Below are positions 22,593-31,802 of a DNA stretch of 64,000 bases, in pieces. Each line of letters begins with the position of its first letter. The first letter of the stretch is position 1. The notes under the pieces are model-generated. The model saw only the letters and a list, made by a program, of their open reading frames with translations. It ran no database searches and was not told the origin of the DNA. This DNA is from an uncultured Clostridium sp. (GTDB lineage Bacteria; Bacillota; Clostridia; TANB77; CAG-508). Location of the stretch: assembly GCA_946495655.1 (NCBI GenBank), contig CAMMDS010000002.1, forward strand, positions 28,984 through 92,983, read 5' to 3'. A program made the translations under genes and the position numbers.

Positions 22593-23021
22593 CTAGAATG
22601 GTAAATCATCACCAGAAGATATTTCAAAATCTGAACCTGATCCACTACTTGGCATTGCTCCAAATGTCGCATCAAAGTTTGATGAACTAGCTTCTCCGTC
22701 TCTTTTGCTATCAGCAAAATATGCTTCTTCTGCTACAACTTCTGTAACATAATGTTTTTGTCCTTGTTCATCATCCCAAGTTCTAGTCTGAATTCTTCCT
22801 ATTATTCCAACTTGTTGTCCCTTCTTAAAGTATTTACTACAGAATTCTCCTAATTTTCCCCAAGCAACTATATTTATGAAATCAGCTTGTCTTTCTTCTC
22901 CTTGTCTTACAAATCTTCTATTAACTGCTAAGCTAAAAGAAGCAACAAGTGTATTACTTGTTTGAGTATATCTTACTTCTGGATCTCTTGTTAATCTTCC
23001 CATTAAAATTACTTTGTTCAT
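22593..23021 (-). CDS. ssb: Single-stranded DNA-binding protein
   Basis: OB fold, Gly-rich linker, acidic C-terminal DDLPF tail. Confidence 0.9.
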   Translation of the reverse strand: MNKVILMGRLTRDPEVRYTQTSNTLVASFSLAVNRRFVRQGEERQADFINIVAWGKLGEFCSKYFKKGQQVGIIGRIQTRTWDDEQGQKHYVTEVVAEEAYFADSKRDGEASSSNFDATFGAMPSSGSGSDFEISSGDDLPF

Positions 23022-23080
23022 ATTTTACACCTTTTACCTTTCATATTTTAAAGGCCCCCGATTGGGTACAGTAATTATTA

Positions 23081-23359
23081 CTATTTTTTAACTACTATAA
23101 ATTTCATTACTTCATCAGTAATTCTATAGTTTCTTTCAAGTTCTGCAATTAAGCTTGGTTTAGCTTCAAAATCATATACTACATAGTAACCTTCTTTGTT
23201 TTTCTTGATTTCATAAGCTAATTTCTTTTTACCTAATTCATTAACTTGTTCAACTTTTCCGTCAGTATTAATTAATGTTTGAAATCTTTCAATTAATTCT
23301 TTTAATTTAGTTTCTTCAACATTAGGATTAATAATGACAACACTTTCGTATTTGTTCAT
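23081..23359 (-). CDS. rpsF: 30S ribosomal protein S6
   Basis: S6 family sequence. Operon rpsF-ssb-rpsR. Confidence 0.9.
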   Translation of the reverse strand: MNKYESVVIINPNVEETKLKELIERFQTLINTDGKVEQVNELGKKKLAYEIKKNKEGYYVVYDFEAKPSLIAELERNYRITDEVMKFIVVKK

Positions 23360-23492
23360 TACCTTTCACCTCCTCTTGGATATATAACCTATGAACTCGT
23401 CATAAGTAAGGAAAAATAGCTATTTGCTATTTTTTAACATTAACTATTTTAACACGTTTTTCAATATTTTACAAGTGCTTTTAGAAATTATT

Positions 23493-23521
23493 TGACACAT
23501 TTTAGATTTTATAGTAATATA
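23493..23521 (+). promoter_or_regulatory. Putative promoter for glmS (TTGACA-17-TAATAT)
   Basis: About 70 nt upstream of the ribozyme 5' end. Confidence 0.4.
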
Positions 23522-23591
23522 CTACCATAGCTTAAGAATGCTTTACAAATATATATAATTTAAAAGAAAGGAGTTATTGTAGTTTTATTTT

Positions 23592-23775
23592 AAGCGCCTG
23601 GACGTATATATTCTAATACGTTGACGAGGAAGAAACCTATCGAAAGATTCGGCGGGTGGTTTCTTGGCAATGGTTACTGCCATAAATATTAGCAAAACCT
23701 GATAGTAATATCAGAATACAAATCTAATAGGGTAACCTTTATTTGTATTGCTTTCTTAAAATTCAGAACTAATTT
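23592..23775 (+). ncRNA. glmS ribozyme (GlcN6P-dependent self-cleaving riboswitch)
   Basis: AGCGCC cleavage-site start, conserved core GTTGACGAGG...TATCGAAAGATTCGGCGG matching the Bacillus glmS ribozyme. Located in the glmS 5' UTR. Confidence 0.85.
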
Positions 23776-23856
23776 TTTATCAAACATATATATAATATTT
23801 ACGTATGTTTTTGTAGCAAATATTTTTATTTGTAAATTTTAAGGAGGTATTTTTTT

Positions 23857-25710
23857 ATGTGTGGTATTGTAGGATACATTGGTAGCAAAAAAGCTACACC
23901 TATTTTAATAGATGGACTTTTAAGTCTTGAATATAGAGGTTATGACTCAGCAGGAATTGCTACTATTGAAAAAGATGGTATTTCTGTTATGAAAGATAAA
24001 GGAAGAGTAAATAACTTAAATAATTTAGATGGTATAAATAATTTAGATGGTACAGTTGGTATAGCTCATACTAGATGGGCAACACATGGTAAGCCATCAA
24101 AAGAAAATTCTCATCCTCATAAAGATAATAGTGGAATGTTTGCAGTTGTTCATAATGGTATTATTGAGAATTATTCTGAACTTAGAGAATTTTTAACTTC
24201 AAAAGGTTATAGATTTTTATCTCAAACTGATACAGAAGTTATTCCAAATTTAATTCATTATTATTATACAAATGGACCAGTATCTATTTTAGAAAATGAA
24301 AGTGAAAAATTTTTAGGTGCTGTAAAATCAGCTATATATGATTTAAAAGGAAGTTATGCTATAGAAGCTATATCTCCAATATGTCCTGATAAAATTATTG
24401 TAGTAAGAAAAGATAGTCCATTAGTTATTGGAACAGGAAAAGAAGAAAATTACATTGCTTCTGATATTCCAGCTATATTAAAATATACAAAAGATTTCTA
24501 TTTATTAGATGATAATGAATTTGCAGTAGTAGAAAAAGATTGTGTTAGATTTTTTGATAATAGTTTAACAGAACATAATAAAGCTATAAAAAATATTGAA
24601 TGGGATGCAAATGCAGCAGGAAAAGACGGTTTTGAAGATTATATGCTTAAAGAAATCTTTGAGCAGCCAACAGCAATTAGAGAAACAATAGGTTCAAGAT
24701 TCCGTCTAGGCGAAAAATGTTCATTTGATGATATTGAATTATCTAAAGAATATTTAGAAAAAATCAACAAAATTTTTATCGTTGCCTGTGGAACAGCTAT
24801 GCATGCAGGTTTGGTTGGAAAAACAATTATAGAGAACTTATGTCAAATTCCTACAGAAGTAGATATAGCATCTGAATTTAGATATAGAAATCCAATAATA
24901 GATGAACATACTTTATGTATATATATAAGTCAATCTGGAGAAACAGCTGATACTATAGCTGCATTAAAACTTGCCAAATCAAAAGGAGCAAAAACACTTG
25001 CTATTTCAAATGTAATAGGAAGTTCAATAACAAGGGAAGCAGATTATTCTATATATACTCATGCAGGTCCAGAAATTGCAGTTGCATCAACTAAAGCTTA
25101 TACTTCTCAAGTAATGCTTATAGCAATTTTAGCAATGCATTTCGCAGAAATATTAGGAAGATCTTCTGAATCAGATATTGAATCATTAAAATCTGATATG
25201 ATTGATTTACCTTCTAAAATAGAAAAGATATTAGATGATAGTGAAATAATTAAAGAATTTGCAAAAAAAGTTTATACAGAAAAAGATATGTTTTTCTTAG
25301 GAAGAGGTACTGATTATAATGTTGCATTAGAAGGATCATTAAAATTGAAAGAAATTTCATATATTCATTCAGAAGCATATGCAGCTGGTGAATTAAAACA
25401 TGGTCCAATTGCACTTATAGAGAATGGTGTTACAGTTATAGGTATTATCACTAATCCAAATTTAGTTGAAAAATCTATTAGTAATATTCAAGAGGTAATA
25501 ACAAGAGGTGCTAAAACATTAATTATCACAAATCAAATACTTCCAAATAGTCATTTTGATTATGTAATTAATATTCCAGAAACAAATCCTCTTATCTCTC
25601 CTATTTTATCGGTAGTACCAATGCAACTCCTTGCATATTATATATCTAAATTCAAAGGTTTAGATGTTGACAAACCTAGAAACCTTGCAAAATCAGTAAC
25701 TGTTGAATAA
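23857..25710 (+). CDS. glmS: Glutamine--fructose-6-phosphate aminotransferase
   Basis: N-terminal MCGIVGY nucleophile, two SIS domains, C-terminal KSVTVE. Confidence 0.95.
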   Translation: MCGIVGYIGSKKATPILIDGLLSLEYRGYDSAGIATIEKDGISVMKDKGRVNNLNNLDGINNLDGTVGIAHTRWATHGKPSKENSHPHKDNSGMFAVVHNGIIENYSELREFLTSKGYRFLSQTDTEVIPNLIHYYYTNGPVSILENESEKFLGAVKSAIYDLKGSYAIEAISPICPDKIIVVRKDSPLVIGTGKEENYIASDIPAILKYTKDFYLLDDNEFAVVEKDCVRFFDNSLTEHNKAIKNIEWDANAAGKDGFEDYMLKEIFEQPTAIRETIGSRFRLGEKCSFDDIELSKEYLEKINKIFIVACGTAMHAGLVGKTIIENLCQIPTEVDIASEFRYRNPIIDEHTLCIYISQSGETADTIAALKLAKSKGAKTLAISNVIGSSITREADYSIYTHAGPEIAVASTKAYTSQVMLIAILAMHFAEILGRSSESDIESLKSDMIDLPSKIEKILDDSEIIKEFAKKVYTEKDMFFLGRGTDYNVALEGSLKLKEISYIHSEAYAAGELKHGPIALIENGVTVIGIITNPNLVEKSISNIQEVITRGAKTLIITNQILPNSHFDYVINIPETNPLISPILSVVPMQLLAYYISKFKGLDVDKPRNLAKSVTVE

Positions 25711-25719
25711 TTTTTGTAA

Positions 25720-26058
25720 TTATATTAATTTCATAAATTTAAACATAAAGTCCTCTCTTTTTGATAGAGAGGATTTTATCCGTAATATGATTTTCAACCG
25801 CAGAATAATTTTTAATGTTATTAATAACAAAGCACCCGGTAATCCTAATAATCCAATAATTATGGAAGTAATTAGATTTAAACCTATATGAAAACCAAAA
25901 TTCATTCCTATTATATTAATAACATATATAAATAATCCGCCAAGAATAGAATTAATAATTAATTTTAATATATTTTTTAGTGGCCAAATAAATAATTTTC
26001 CAAATATAAATATAAAAATTATACACGCTAAAAAAGTTATCATATTATTGAAGTCCAT
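25720..26058 (-). CDS. bofA: Sigma-K processing regulator BofA (sporulation)
   Basis: H.G.NL.T...G.LGLPG..LL...K pattern as in B. subtilis BofA. Adjacent yaaL-like gene as in Bacillus. Confidence 0.7.
   Translation of the reverse strand: MDFNNMITFLACIIFIFIFGKLFIWPLKNILKLIINSILGGLFIYVINIIGMNFGFHIGLNLITSIIIGLLGLPGALLLITLKIILRLKIILRIKSSLSKREDFMFKFMKLI
25745..25780 (+). terminator. glmS intrinsic terminator (CCTCTCTTTTTGATAGAGAGG)
   Basis: Stem-loop plus U-tract; overlaps the 3' end of the bofA ORF. Confidence 0.5.
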
Positions 26059-26132
26059 ATTTAAACACCTCTTAATAATTACTATGTTTAAATTAGGACA
26101 AATATGCTTTTTCCTATTCTTTTTCTTTTATT

Positions 26133-26405
26133 TTATGCTTTATTTTTCCTTATATATATCTCATTTATCATGTCAAGTACGATTCCCTTTTTTTGTGCTT
26201 TTTTCATAAGATAATCTAGCTTTGTTTGATTTGCTTTAATTTGATATGAATAATAATCGATAAGACCTTCTTCTGCAAATTCAAAATTTTTACTAGCAGA
26301 GTCTAGTTCATTTTTCGTTTTTATTATACTTACAATTAATTCTAAATTTTTTTCATCCTCCGACTTGTCCTCTATTTTATTTTCTCTTATATACTCTTCA
26401 TACAT
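26133..26405 (-). CDS. YaaL-like protein (DUF2508)
   Basis: 90-aa protein upstream of bofA, conserved yaaL-bofA arrangement. Confidence 0.55.
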   Translation of the reverse strand: MYEEYIRENKIEDKSEDEKNLELIVSIIKTKNELDSASKNFEFAEEGLIDYYSYQIKANQTKLDYLMKKAQKKGIVLDMINEIYIRKNKA

Positions 26406-26689
26406 TATTAACTCAACTCCTTATATATCAAAATACTTATTGTTACTATTATATTCAAATAACTGTAAGATTATTCATTATTAGGTAAAAAGTAGTATTT
26501 TAAGTTATAAAAAAAAGAATTGATCCAATCTATCAATCAGGAATTGCAATCATGTGCCCTAGAATATTGTTGTATAGGACAATAAAAATTTCTCAATTTC
26601 TCAATTTTTTTATAAATTTATTGATATTTTATACATTTAGTGGTAAAATATTATTGTTATTATATTAAAGTGATTGATAAAAGATTAGT

Positions 26690-26905
26690 AATAAGATTAA
26701 TTTTATATAGAGAGACTATGGTTGGTGTAAATAGTTTAAAATATCTTATGAATCTACTTTTAGAGCTTTTTATGAAAATAAAACCGAGTTATGCTAGGTT
26801 ATAAGCATTTTAGAGTTGTCAAATTAATTTTGAATAATTAAGGTGGTACCGCGTATATAATTCGCCCTTATGTGTTTTCACATAAGGGATTTTTGTTAAT
26901 TCCTG
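26690..26905 (+). promoter_or_regulatory. T-box riboswitch leader of serS with terminator
   Basis: Conserved T-box sequence AATTAAGGTGGTACCGCG at about 26836-26853, followed by terminator CGCCCTTATGTGTTTTCACATAAGGG plus U-tract. AGAGA-containing stem I region upstream. Confidence 0.75.
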
Positions 26906-26909
26906 TTTT

Positions 26910-27039
26910 TGGAACAAGGGGACGCACAATTTGTTCCAAAAATGAAACAAGGGGACAGACATTAAATTACTTTATAATATATATGTGTCCCACTAGTTAT
27001 TTATTGAAAATGGAACAAATTGTGCGTTCCCTTGTTCCA
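26910..27039. mobile_element. MITE-like palindromic element (family C relative) inserted between the T-box terminator and the serS RBS: 29-bp inverted arms TGGAACAAGGGGACGCACAATTTGTTCCA
   Basis: The arms are reverse complements with one mismatch, and each is also an internal hairpin. The roughly 72-nt interior carries GGGGACAGAC / GTGTCCCAC motifs. Confidence 0.5.
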
Positions 27040-27054
27040 GATTAGGAGGTATTT

Positions 27055-28341
27055 ATGATAGATATTAAATTTTTAAGGGAAAATCCTGAAATTGTAAAGG
27101 AAAACATTAAGAAAAAATTTCAAAATCACAAATTAATTCTTGTAGATGAAGTTTTAGAACTTGATAAAAAGAATAGAGATGCTAAATTAAAAGGTGATGA
27201 ATTGCGTGCAAATAGAAATTCTTTAAGTTCTGAAATCGGCAATCTTATGAGAAATGGCAAAAAGGATGAAGCTGAATCAATTAAAATTCAAGTTCAAGAA
27301 ATAAATAAACAGCTTGAAGAAAATGAAAAATTAGAGACTGAATATTCTGAAGCAATTACTGAAAGAATGATGAAAATACCAAATATAATTCATGAATCTG
27401 TTCCAATAGGAGAAGATGATAGTAAAAATGTTGAAATAGAAAAATTTGGTGAGCCAATCGTTCCTGATTATGAAATACCATATCATGCAGATATAATGGA
27501 AAGTTTAAATGGATTAGATTTGGATTCTGCACGTAGAGTTGCAGGAAATGGTTTCTATTATTTAATGGGTGATGTTGCAAGACTTCATTCAGCTATTCTT
27601 TCTTATGCTAGAGATTTTATGATTAATAAAGGTTTTACTTATTGCATTCCACCTTTTATGATACGTAGTGATGTTGTTTCTGGTGTTATGAGCTTTGAAG
27701 AAATGGATGCAATGATGTATAAAATAGAGGGAGAAGATTTATATTTAATTGGAACTAGCGAACATTCAATGATAGGAAAATTTAAAGGTCAAATTCTTAA
27801 AGAATCTGATATGCCATATACTATGACATCTTATTCTCCTTGTTTTAGAAAAGAAAAAGGTGCACATGGAATAGAAGAACGTGGTGTTTATCGTATACAT
27901 CAATTTGAAAAGCAGGAAATGATTGTTGTATGTAAACCTGAAGATAGTTGGAAATGGTATGATAAATTATGGTCATATACAGTTGAATTATTTAGAAGTA
28001 TGGACATACCCGTTAGAACACTTGAATGTTGTAGTGGAGATTTAGCAGATTTAAAAGCAAAAAGTTGTGATGTTGAAGCTTGGAGTCCAAGGCAACAAAA
28101 ATATTTCGAAGTAGGAAGTTGTTCTAATTTAACAGATGCTCAAGCAAGACGTTTAGGAATTAGAATTAAAGGTGAAAAAGGAAACTATTATGCACATACT
28201 TTAAACAATACTGTAGTTGCACCACCTCGTATGTTAATTGCTTTCCTAGAAAACAATTATAATGAAGATGGAAGTATTAATATCCCTGAAGTAATTCGTC
28301 CATATATGGGTGGAATTGAAAAATTAGAGCCTAAAAAATAA
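27055..28341 (+). CDS. serS: Serine--tRNA ligase
   Basis: N-terminal coiled coil, class II motifs, 428 aa. Confidence 0.95.
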   Translation: MIDIKFLRENPEIVKENIKKKFQNHKLILVDEVLELDKKNRDAKLKGDELRANRNSLSSEIGNLMRNGKKDEAESIKIQVQEINKQLEENEKLETEYSEAITERMMKIPNIIHESVPIGEDDSKNVEIEKFGEPIVPDYEIPYHADIMESLNGLDLDSARRVAGNGFYYLMGDVARLHSAILSYARDFMINKGFTYCIPPFMIRSDVVSGVMSFEEMDAMMYKIEGEDLYLIGTSEHSMIGKFKGQILKESDMPYTMTSYSPCFRKEKGAHGIEERGVYRIHQFEKQEMIVVCKPEDSWKWYDKLWSYTVELFRSMDIPVRTLECCSGDLADLKAKSCDVEAWSPRQQKYFEVGSCSNLTDAQARRLGIRIKGEKGNYYAHTLNNTVVAPPRMLIAFLENNYNEDGSINIPEVIRPYMGGIEKLEPKK

Positions 28342-28345
28342 TTAT

Positions 28346-28374
28346 GAGAAATTGGGGACAGACCCCAATTTCTC
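28346..28374. repeat. Palindromic repeat family B (perfect copy GAGAAATTGGGGACAGACCCCAATTTCTC)
   Basis: 12-bp stem with ACAGA loop, between serS and engB. Confidence 0.6.
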
Positions 28375-28389
28375 AGATTGGAGTAAAAT

Positions 28390-28983
28390 ATGATTATCAA
28401 AAATCCAGAATTTAAGATATCTGCAGTAAATCCAAAGCAATATCCAGATGACGAACTACCTCAAATTGTATTAGTTGGAAAATCCAATGTAGGAAAATCA
28501 TCTTTTATTAATACAATGGTAAATAGAAAAAAATTAGCTAGAACAAGTAGTGAACCTGGTAAAACTAGACAAATTAATTTTTACAATATGGATAATAAAT
28601 TTTATTTCGTGGATTTGCCTGGATATGGCTATAGTAAAATGTCTAAAAAAGAGCAAATTGTAGTTGGAAGATTTATAGAAGAATATTTAACAAAAAGCAA
28701 TAATATATCTTTAATAATTTTTTTACTAGATATTAGACATTCACCTACAGAAAATGATAAACTAATGTATCGTTATGTTATTGATTCAGAAAAGCCTTGT
28801 TTAATAATTGCTAATAAAGCAGATAAAATTGCTATTACTAAAGTGGACGATTATGTTCGAGAATTACAGAATAAATTGAATCCTTTGCATGATTTGGTTT
28901 TTATGCCATTTTCTTCAGAAAGGAAAATATATTCTGATAATGTATGGAATGAAATTGAAAAACATTTATATTTAAATCCATGA
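28390..28983 (+). CDS. engB: Ribosome biogenesis GTP-binding protein EngB/YsxC
   Basis: GKSNVGKSS G1 motif, about 195 aa. Confidence 0.9.
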   Translation: MIIKNPEFKISAVNPKQYPDDELPQIVLVGKSNVGKSSFINTMVNRKKLARTSSEPGKTRQINFYNMDNKFYFVDLPGYGYSKMSKKEQIVVGRFIEEYLTKSNNISLIIFLLDIRHSPTENDKLMYRYVIDSEKPCLIIANKADKIAITKVDDYVRELQNKLNPLHDLVFMPFSSERKIYSDNVWNEIEKHLYLNP

Positions 28984-29019
28984 TTCTATTTATGAATTAC
29001 ATAATATTTTTATATTAAT

Positions 29020-29048
29020 TTGACTTTATTAGATAAAAGTATTATAAT
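29020..29048 (+). promoter_or_regulatory. Consensus sigma-A promoter TTGACT-17-TATAAT driving the GC-rich mini-gene
   Basis: Perfect -10, near-perfect -35, 17-nt spacer. Confidence 0.55.
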
Positions 29049-29123
29049 AGAAACATGTTCAATAGAACTACGCAAATATACCCATTTGTTCAATTGGACA
29101 AATAATTTAAGGGAGGCCATTAT

Positions 29124-29336
29124 ATGGCAACATCAGTATCGCAAGAGAAGTATCGGTTCGAAACATTGGAGCAGTTGGACAGAGCAACTGTAAGAGCTTT
29201 CGGAACTCACGAAAACTCATCTTGCTCCTTCGAAAAGGGGTTGATACTGGTTTTTCAACCAGTAGGATCGCTTATTCATGATTCTCAAGTAAGGGAGATT
29301 ATCTCCCAATATGGAGGTAAACTGATCGAAGATTGA
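29124..29336 (+). CDS. Small ORF (70 aa) in a GC-rich island of about 45% GC, with atypical codon usage; alternatively a structured small RNA
   Basis: Strong RBS AGGGAGG. Codons CGG/CTG/GAG/CAG/TCG are unusual for this genome. Several nested hairpins (GGAGCA...TGCTCC, GGGAGATTATCTCCC, CTGGTTTTTCAACCAG). Terminator at 29358-29396. Confidence 0.4.
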   Translation: MATSVSQEKYRFETLEQLDRATVRAFGTHENSSCSFEKGLILVFQPVGSLIHDSQVREIISQYGGKLIED

Positions 29337-29357
29337 TGTGTTCCCGCAACTACAAAG

Positions 29358-29396
29358 TGAGGCTAACCTTTATTGGTTAGCCTCTTCTTTTTCTAT
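29358..29396 (+). terminator. Intrinsic terminator GAGGCTAACC...GGTTAGCCTC plus T-run
   Basis: 10-bp GC-rich stem followed by TTCTTTTTC. Confidence 0.6.
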
Positions 29397-29564
29397 TTTC
29401 TTTACTATCATTTTTAGTGCTTTTGGTCTTTCAATCATTATAGTATGACCACAACCTAGGCATTTTAACTTAAAGTCTACTCCTACTCTTGTTATTTCCC
29501 ATAGTTTACTACCACATGGATGTTGTTTTTTAGTTTTTACTATATCCCCTATACTATATTCCAC
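29370..29564 (-). CDS. DUF951-family small protein
   Basis: Conserved Firmicutes 64-aa protein with HPCG...CLGCGH pattern. Confidence 0.65.
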   Translation of the reverse strand: MEYSIGDIVKTKKQHPCGSKLWEITRVGVDFKLKCLGCGHTIMIERPKALKMIVKKIEKEEANQ

Positions 29565-29676
29565 TTATTTTATTCTCCTTCATTTTAATATTAGAATTTA
29601 TATAAATGCTTAATCTAACAAAGAAAACTTAAGGAATCTTTGTGTTTATAATAACGAACATATAATTAAATTATAA

Positions 29677-31326
29677 TTATTTAATTGCTTTCTCTATTCT
29701 TTTAATTACACTATCTTTTCCTAATACTTTAATAATTTCATACATATCTGGAGTATTTTGTCTTCCTGTTAAAGCAACTCTTAAAACAGTACTTACATCT
29801 CCAACATGTCCAGGAAAATTTTCAGGATTTGCTTTATACTCTTTAACTTCTCTTGCATATCCGTTCTTTTCTGCTAAGTCCTTTATTTTATTAAACCAAA
29901 TTTCTTTATCATCATTAATATCAAAATAATCATCTATATATGATTTTAATAATTTGTTAATTTCCTCTTTATCTGAAATTTTAGCATAATCATAAGAAAC
30001 TTCATTATCTAAGAATTTATTATCATACATATAGATTATAGAATTTTTAACGTCTGACCATTTTGCGATGTCTTTTCTTGGTTTTTTATTACCTCTTTCT
30101 ATTCCAAATACTTTTAAAGAATAATCTCTATCTTGTAGCATTGTTTCTAATTCTTTATCAAATTCTTTTGACCATATTAAAGAATTCTCAAAAACTTCTT
30201 CAGCAGTCATTTTTGATATAACAGTTTTACCTATATCTAATAACTTAATCATATCAAATAATGCACCACTTACACTCATTTTATTTAATTGGAAATCAAA
30301 TTCATCCATATCTTTATCAGGATTAGCTCTTCTCCAATTTTCAAATGTTGAATTAGCAATGTTTAAAAGGTATTCTTTTACAGCATTTACAGGTATTCCT
30401 TCTTCTTTGTAATATGATACTGCTGCTTCTGGATCTTTTCTTTTACTTAATTTACGTTTATTTCCATTATCGTTTTTCATTATTGGTGAAATATGAGCAT
30501 ATTTCGGTGCTCTAAATCCTAATTCATGAAATAATTGTAAATGTAGTGGTACTGATGATAACCATTCATCACTACGTATTACATGTGTAGTTCTCATTAA
30601 GTGATCATCTACTGCATGTGCAAAATGATATGTTGGAAGGCCATCAGCTTTTATTATTACGATATCTTGATCATTTTCTGGAAAATCCACATTTCCTTTT
30701 ATCAAATCATGATGTTTTATTTTCCTATCTTCTCTCCCAGGAGATTTAAAACGAATAATATATTTTTCTCCATTTTTTATTTTTTCTGCCGCTTCTTCTA
30801 CAGTTAAATTTCTACATTTTGCCCAAACTCCATAATAGCCAGGTCTTATTTTAGCTGCTTCTTGCTTTTTTCTTATTTCTTCTCCTTCTTCTGAAGAACA
30901 AAAACATGGATATGCTTTTCCTTGTTCTAATAAATATTTAGCATAAGCCTCATATATATCTTTTCTTAATGATTGCTTATATGGTCCATAATTTCCTTTT
31001 TCTACAGTCTCTGTTACCATACCTTCATCTGGTAATATATCAAAATCCTTTAATGAATTTACTATTCCAGTAACTCCATTCTCAACTTCTCTTTTTTGAT
31101 CTGTATCTTCAACTCTTAAGAAAAATACTCCTTCTGTTTTTTTAGTCATTTCTTTTGCAACTAAAGCTTGATATAGCCCGCCTATATGCACAAATCCTGT
31201 AGGGCTTGGTGCAAATCTTGAAACAACCGCACCTTCTTTCAAGTTTCTATCTGGATATTTTTCTTCATAATATGAAATTTCCTTTGCATTTGGAAATATT
31301 AAATCTGCTAAATCTTTATAGTTCAT
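29677..31326 (-). CDS. gltX: Glutamate--tRNA ligase
   Basis: HIGG and KLSKR class I motifs. Long C-terminal anticodon-binding region. Confidence 0.9.
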   Translation of the reverse strand: MNYKDLADLIFPNAKEISYYEEKYPDRNLKEGAVVSRFAPSPTGFVHIGGLYQALVAKEMTKKTEGVFFLRVEDTDQKREVENGVTGIVNSLKDFDILPDEGMVTETVEKGNYGPYKQSLRKDIYEAYAKYLLEQGKAYPCFCSSEEGEEIRKKQEAAKIRPGYYGVWAKCRNLTVEEAAEKIKNGEKYIIRFKSPGREDRKIKHHDLIKGNVDFPENDQDIVIIKADGLPTYHFAHAVDDHLMRTTHVIRSDEWLSSVPLHLQLFHELGFRAPKYAHISPIMKNDNGNKRKLSKRKDPEAAVSYYKEEGIPVNAVKEYLLNIANSTFENWRRANPDKDMDEFDFQLNKMSVSGALFDMIKLLDIGKTVISKMTAEEVFENSLIWSKEFDKELETMLQDRDYSLKVFGIERGNKKPRKDIAKWSDVKNSIIYMYDNKFLDNEVSYDYAKISDKEEINKLLKSYIDDYFDINDDKEIWFNKIKDLAEKNGYAREVKEYKANPENFPGHVGDVSTVLRVALTGRQNTPDMYEIIKVLGKDSVIKRIEKAIK

Positions 31327-31609
31327 AAATCTCCCTCTCTTTTACATAGAATACATATTAGTATTATACATTATTTTAATGTCTTTTACAATAATTCTTG
31401 GTAACAAATACAATATTCTGGTTAATTGTTATAGATTGTTATTAACTTTTACCTTTTTTATATTATTTACGAGATATTTTTTAATACTAAATAATATTAA
31501 ACAGAAAATATTTTTAATAAAATATATCTGCATCGACAGATTTCGACTTACTTTTTATTTTTTAACTTTTATAATATTTTTATTGCACAAAAGAAGGGGG
31601 AATTAGAAC

Positions 31610-31762
31610 ATGAACAACGAAGTGGTCTTTAATGAAGTCGAAACAATTAAGGTTACAGTTTATGAAGCTTCTAATTGTAGTTGTCCAATTTTTAAAATTG
31701 AATCAGATAATAAATATTCAAATGTATCTGAAATAATTAGTGATACATTACAAATGTATTAA
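31610..31762 (+). CDS. Candidate small ORF (50 aa, MNNEVVFNEVETIKVTVYEASNCSCPIFKI...)
   Basis: RBS GGGGG 8 nt upstream, terminator hairpin AATACCAAGGAGAAATTCCTTGGTATT directly after. Not in the supplied ORF track. Confidence 0.3.
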   Translation: MNNEVVFNEVETIKVTVYEASNCSCPIFKIESDNKYSNVSEIISDTLQMY

Positions 31763-31802
31763 ATAATACCAAGGAGAAATTCCTTGGTATTATTGCATTT
31801 TC

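Noticed and set aside
29050-29400. GC-rich transcript considered as 6S RNA, SRP RNA or RNase P RNA
   Set aside because: No conserved SRP domain IV, RNase P P4, or recognisable 6S central-bubble architecture could be confirmed by eye. Kept as an unassigned finding instead.
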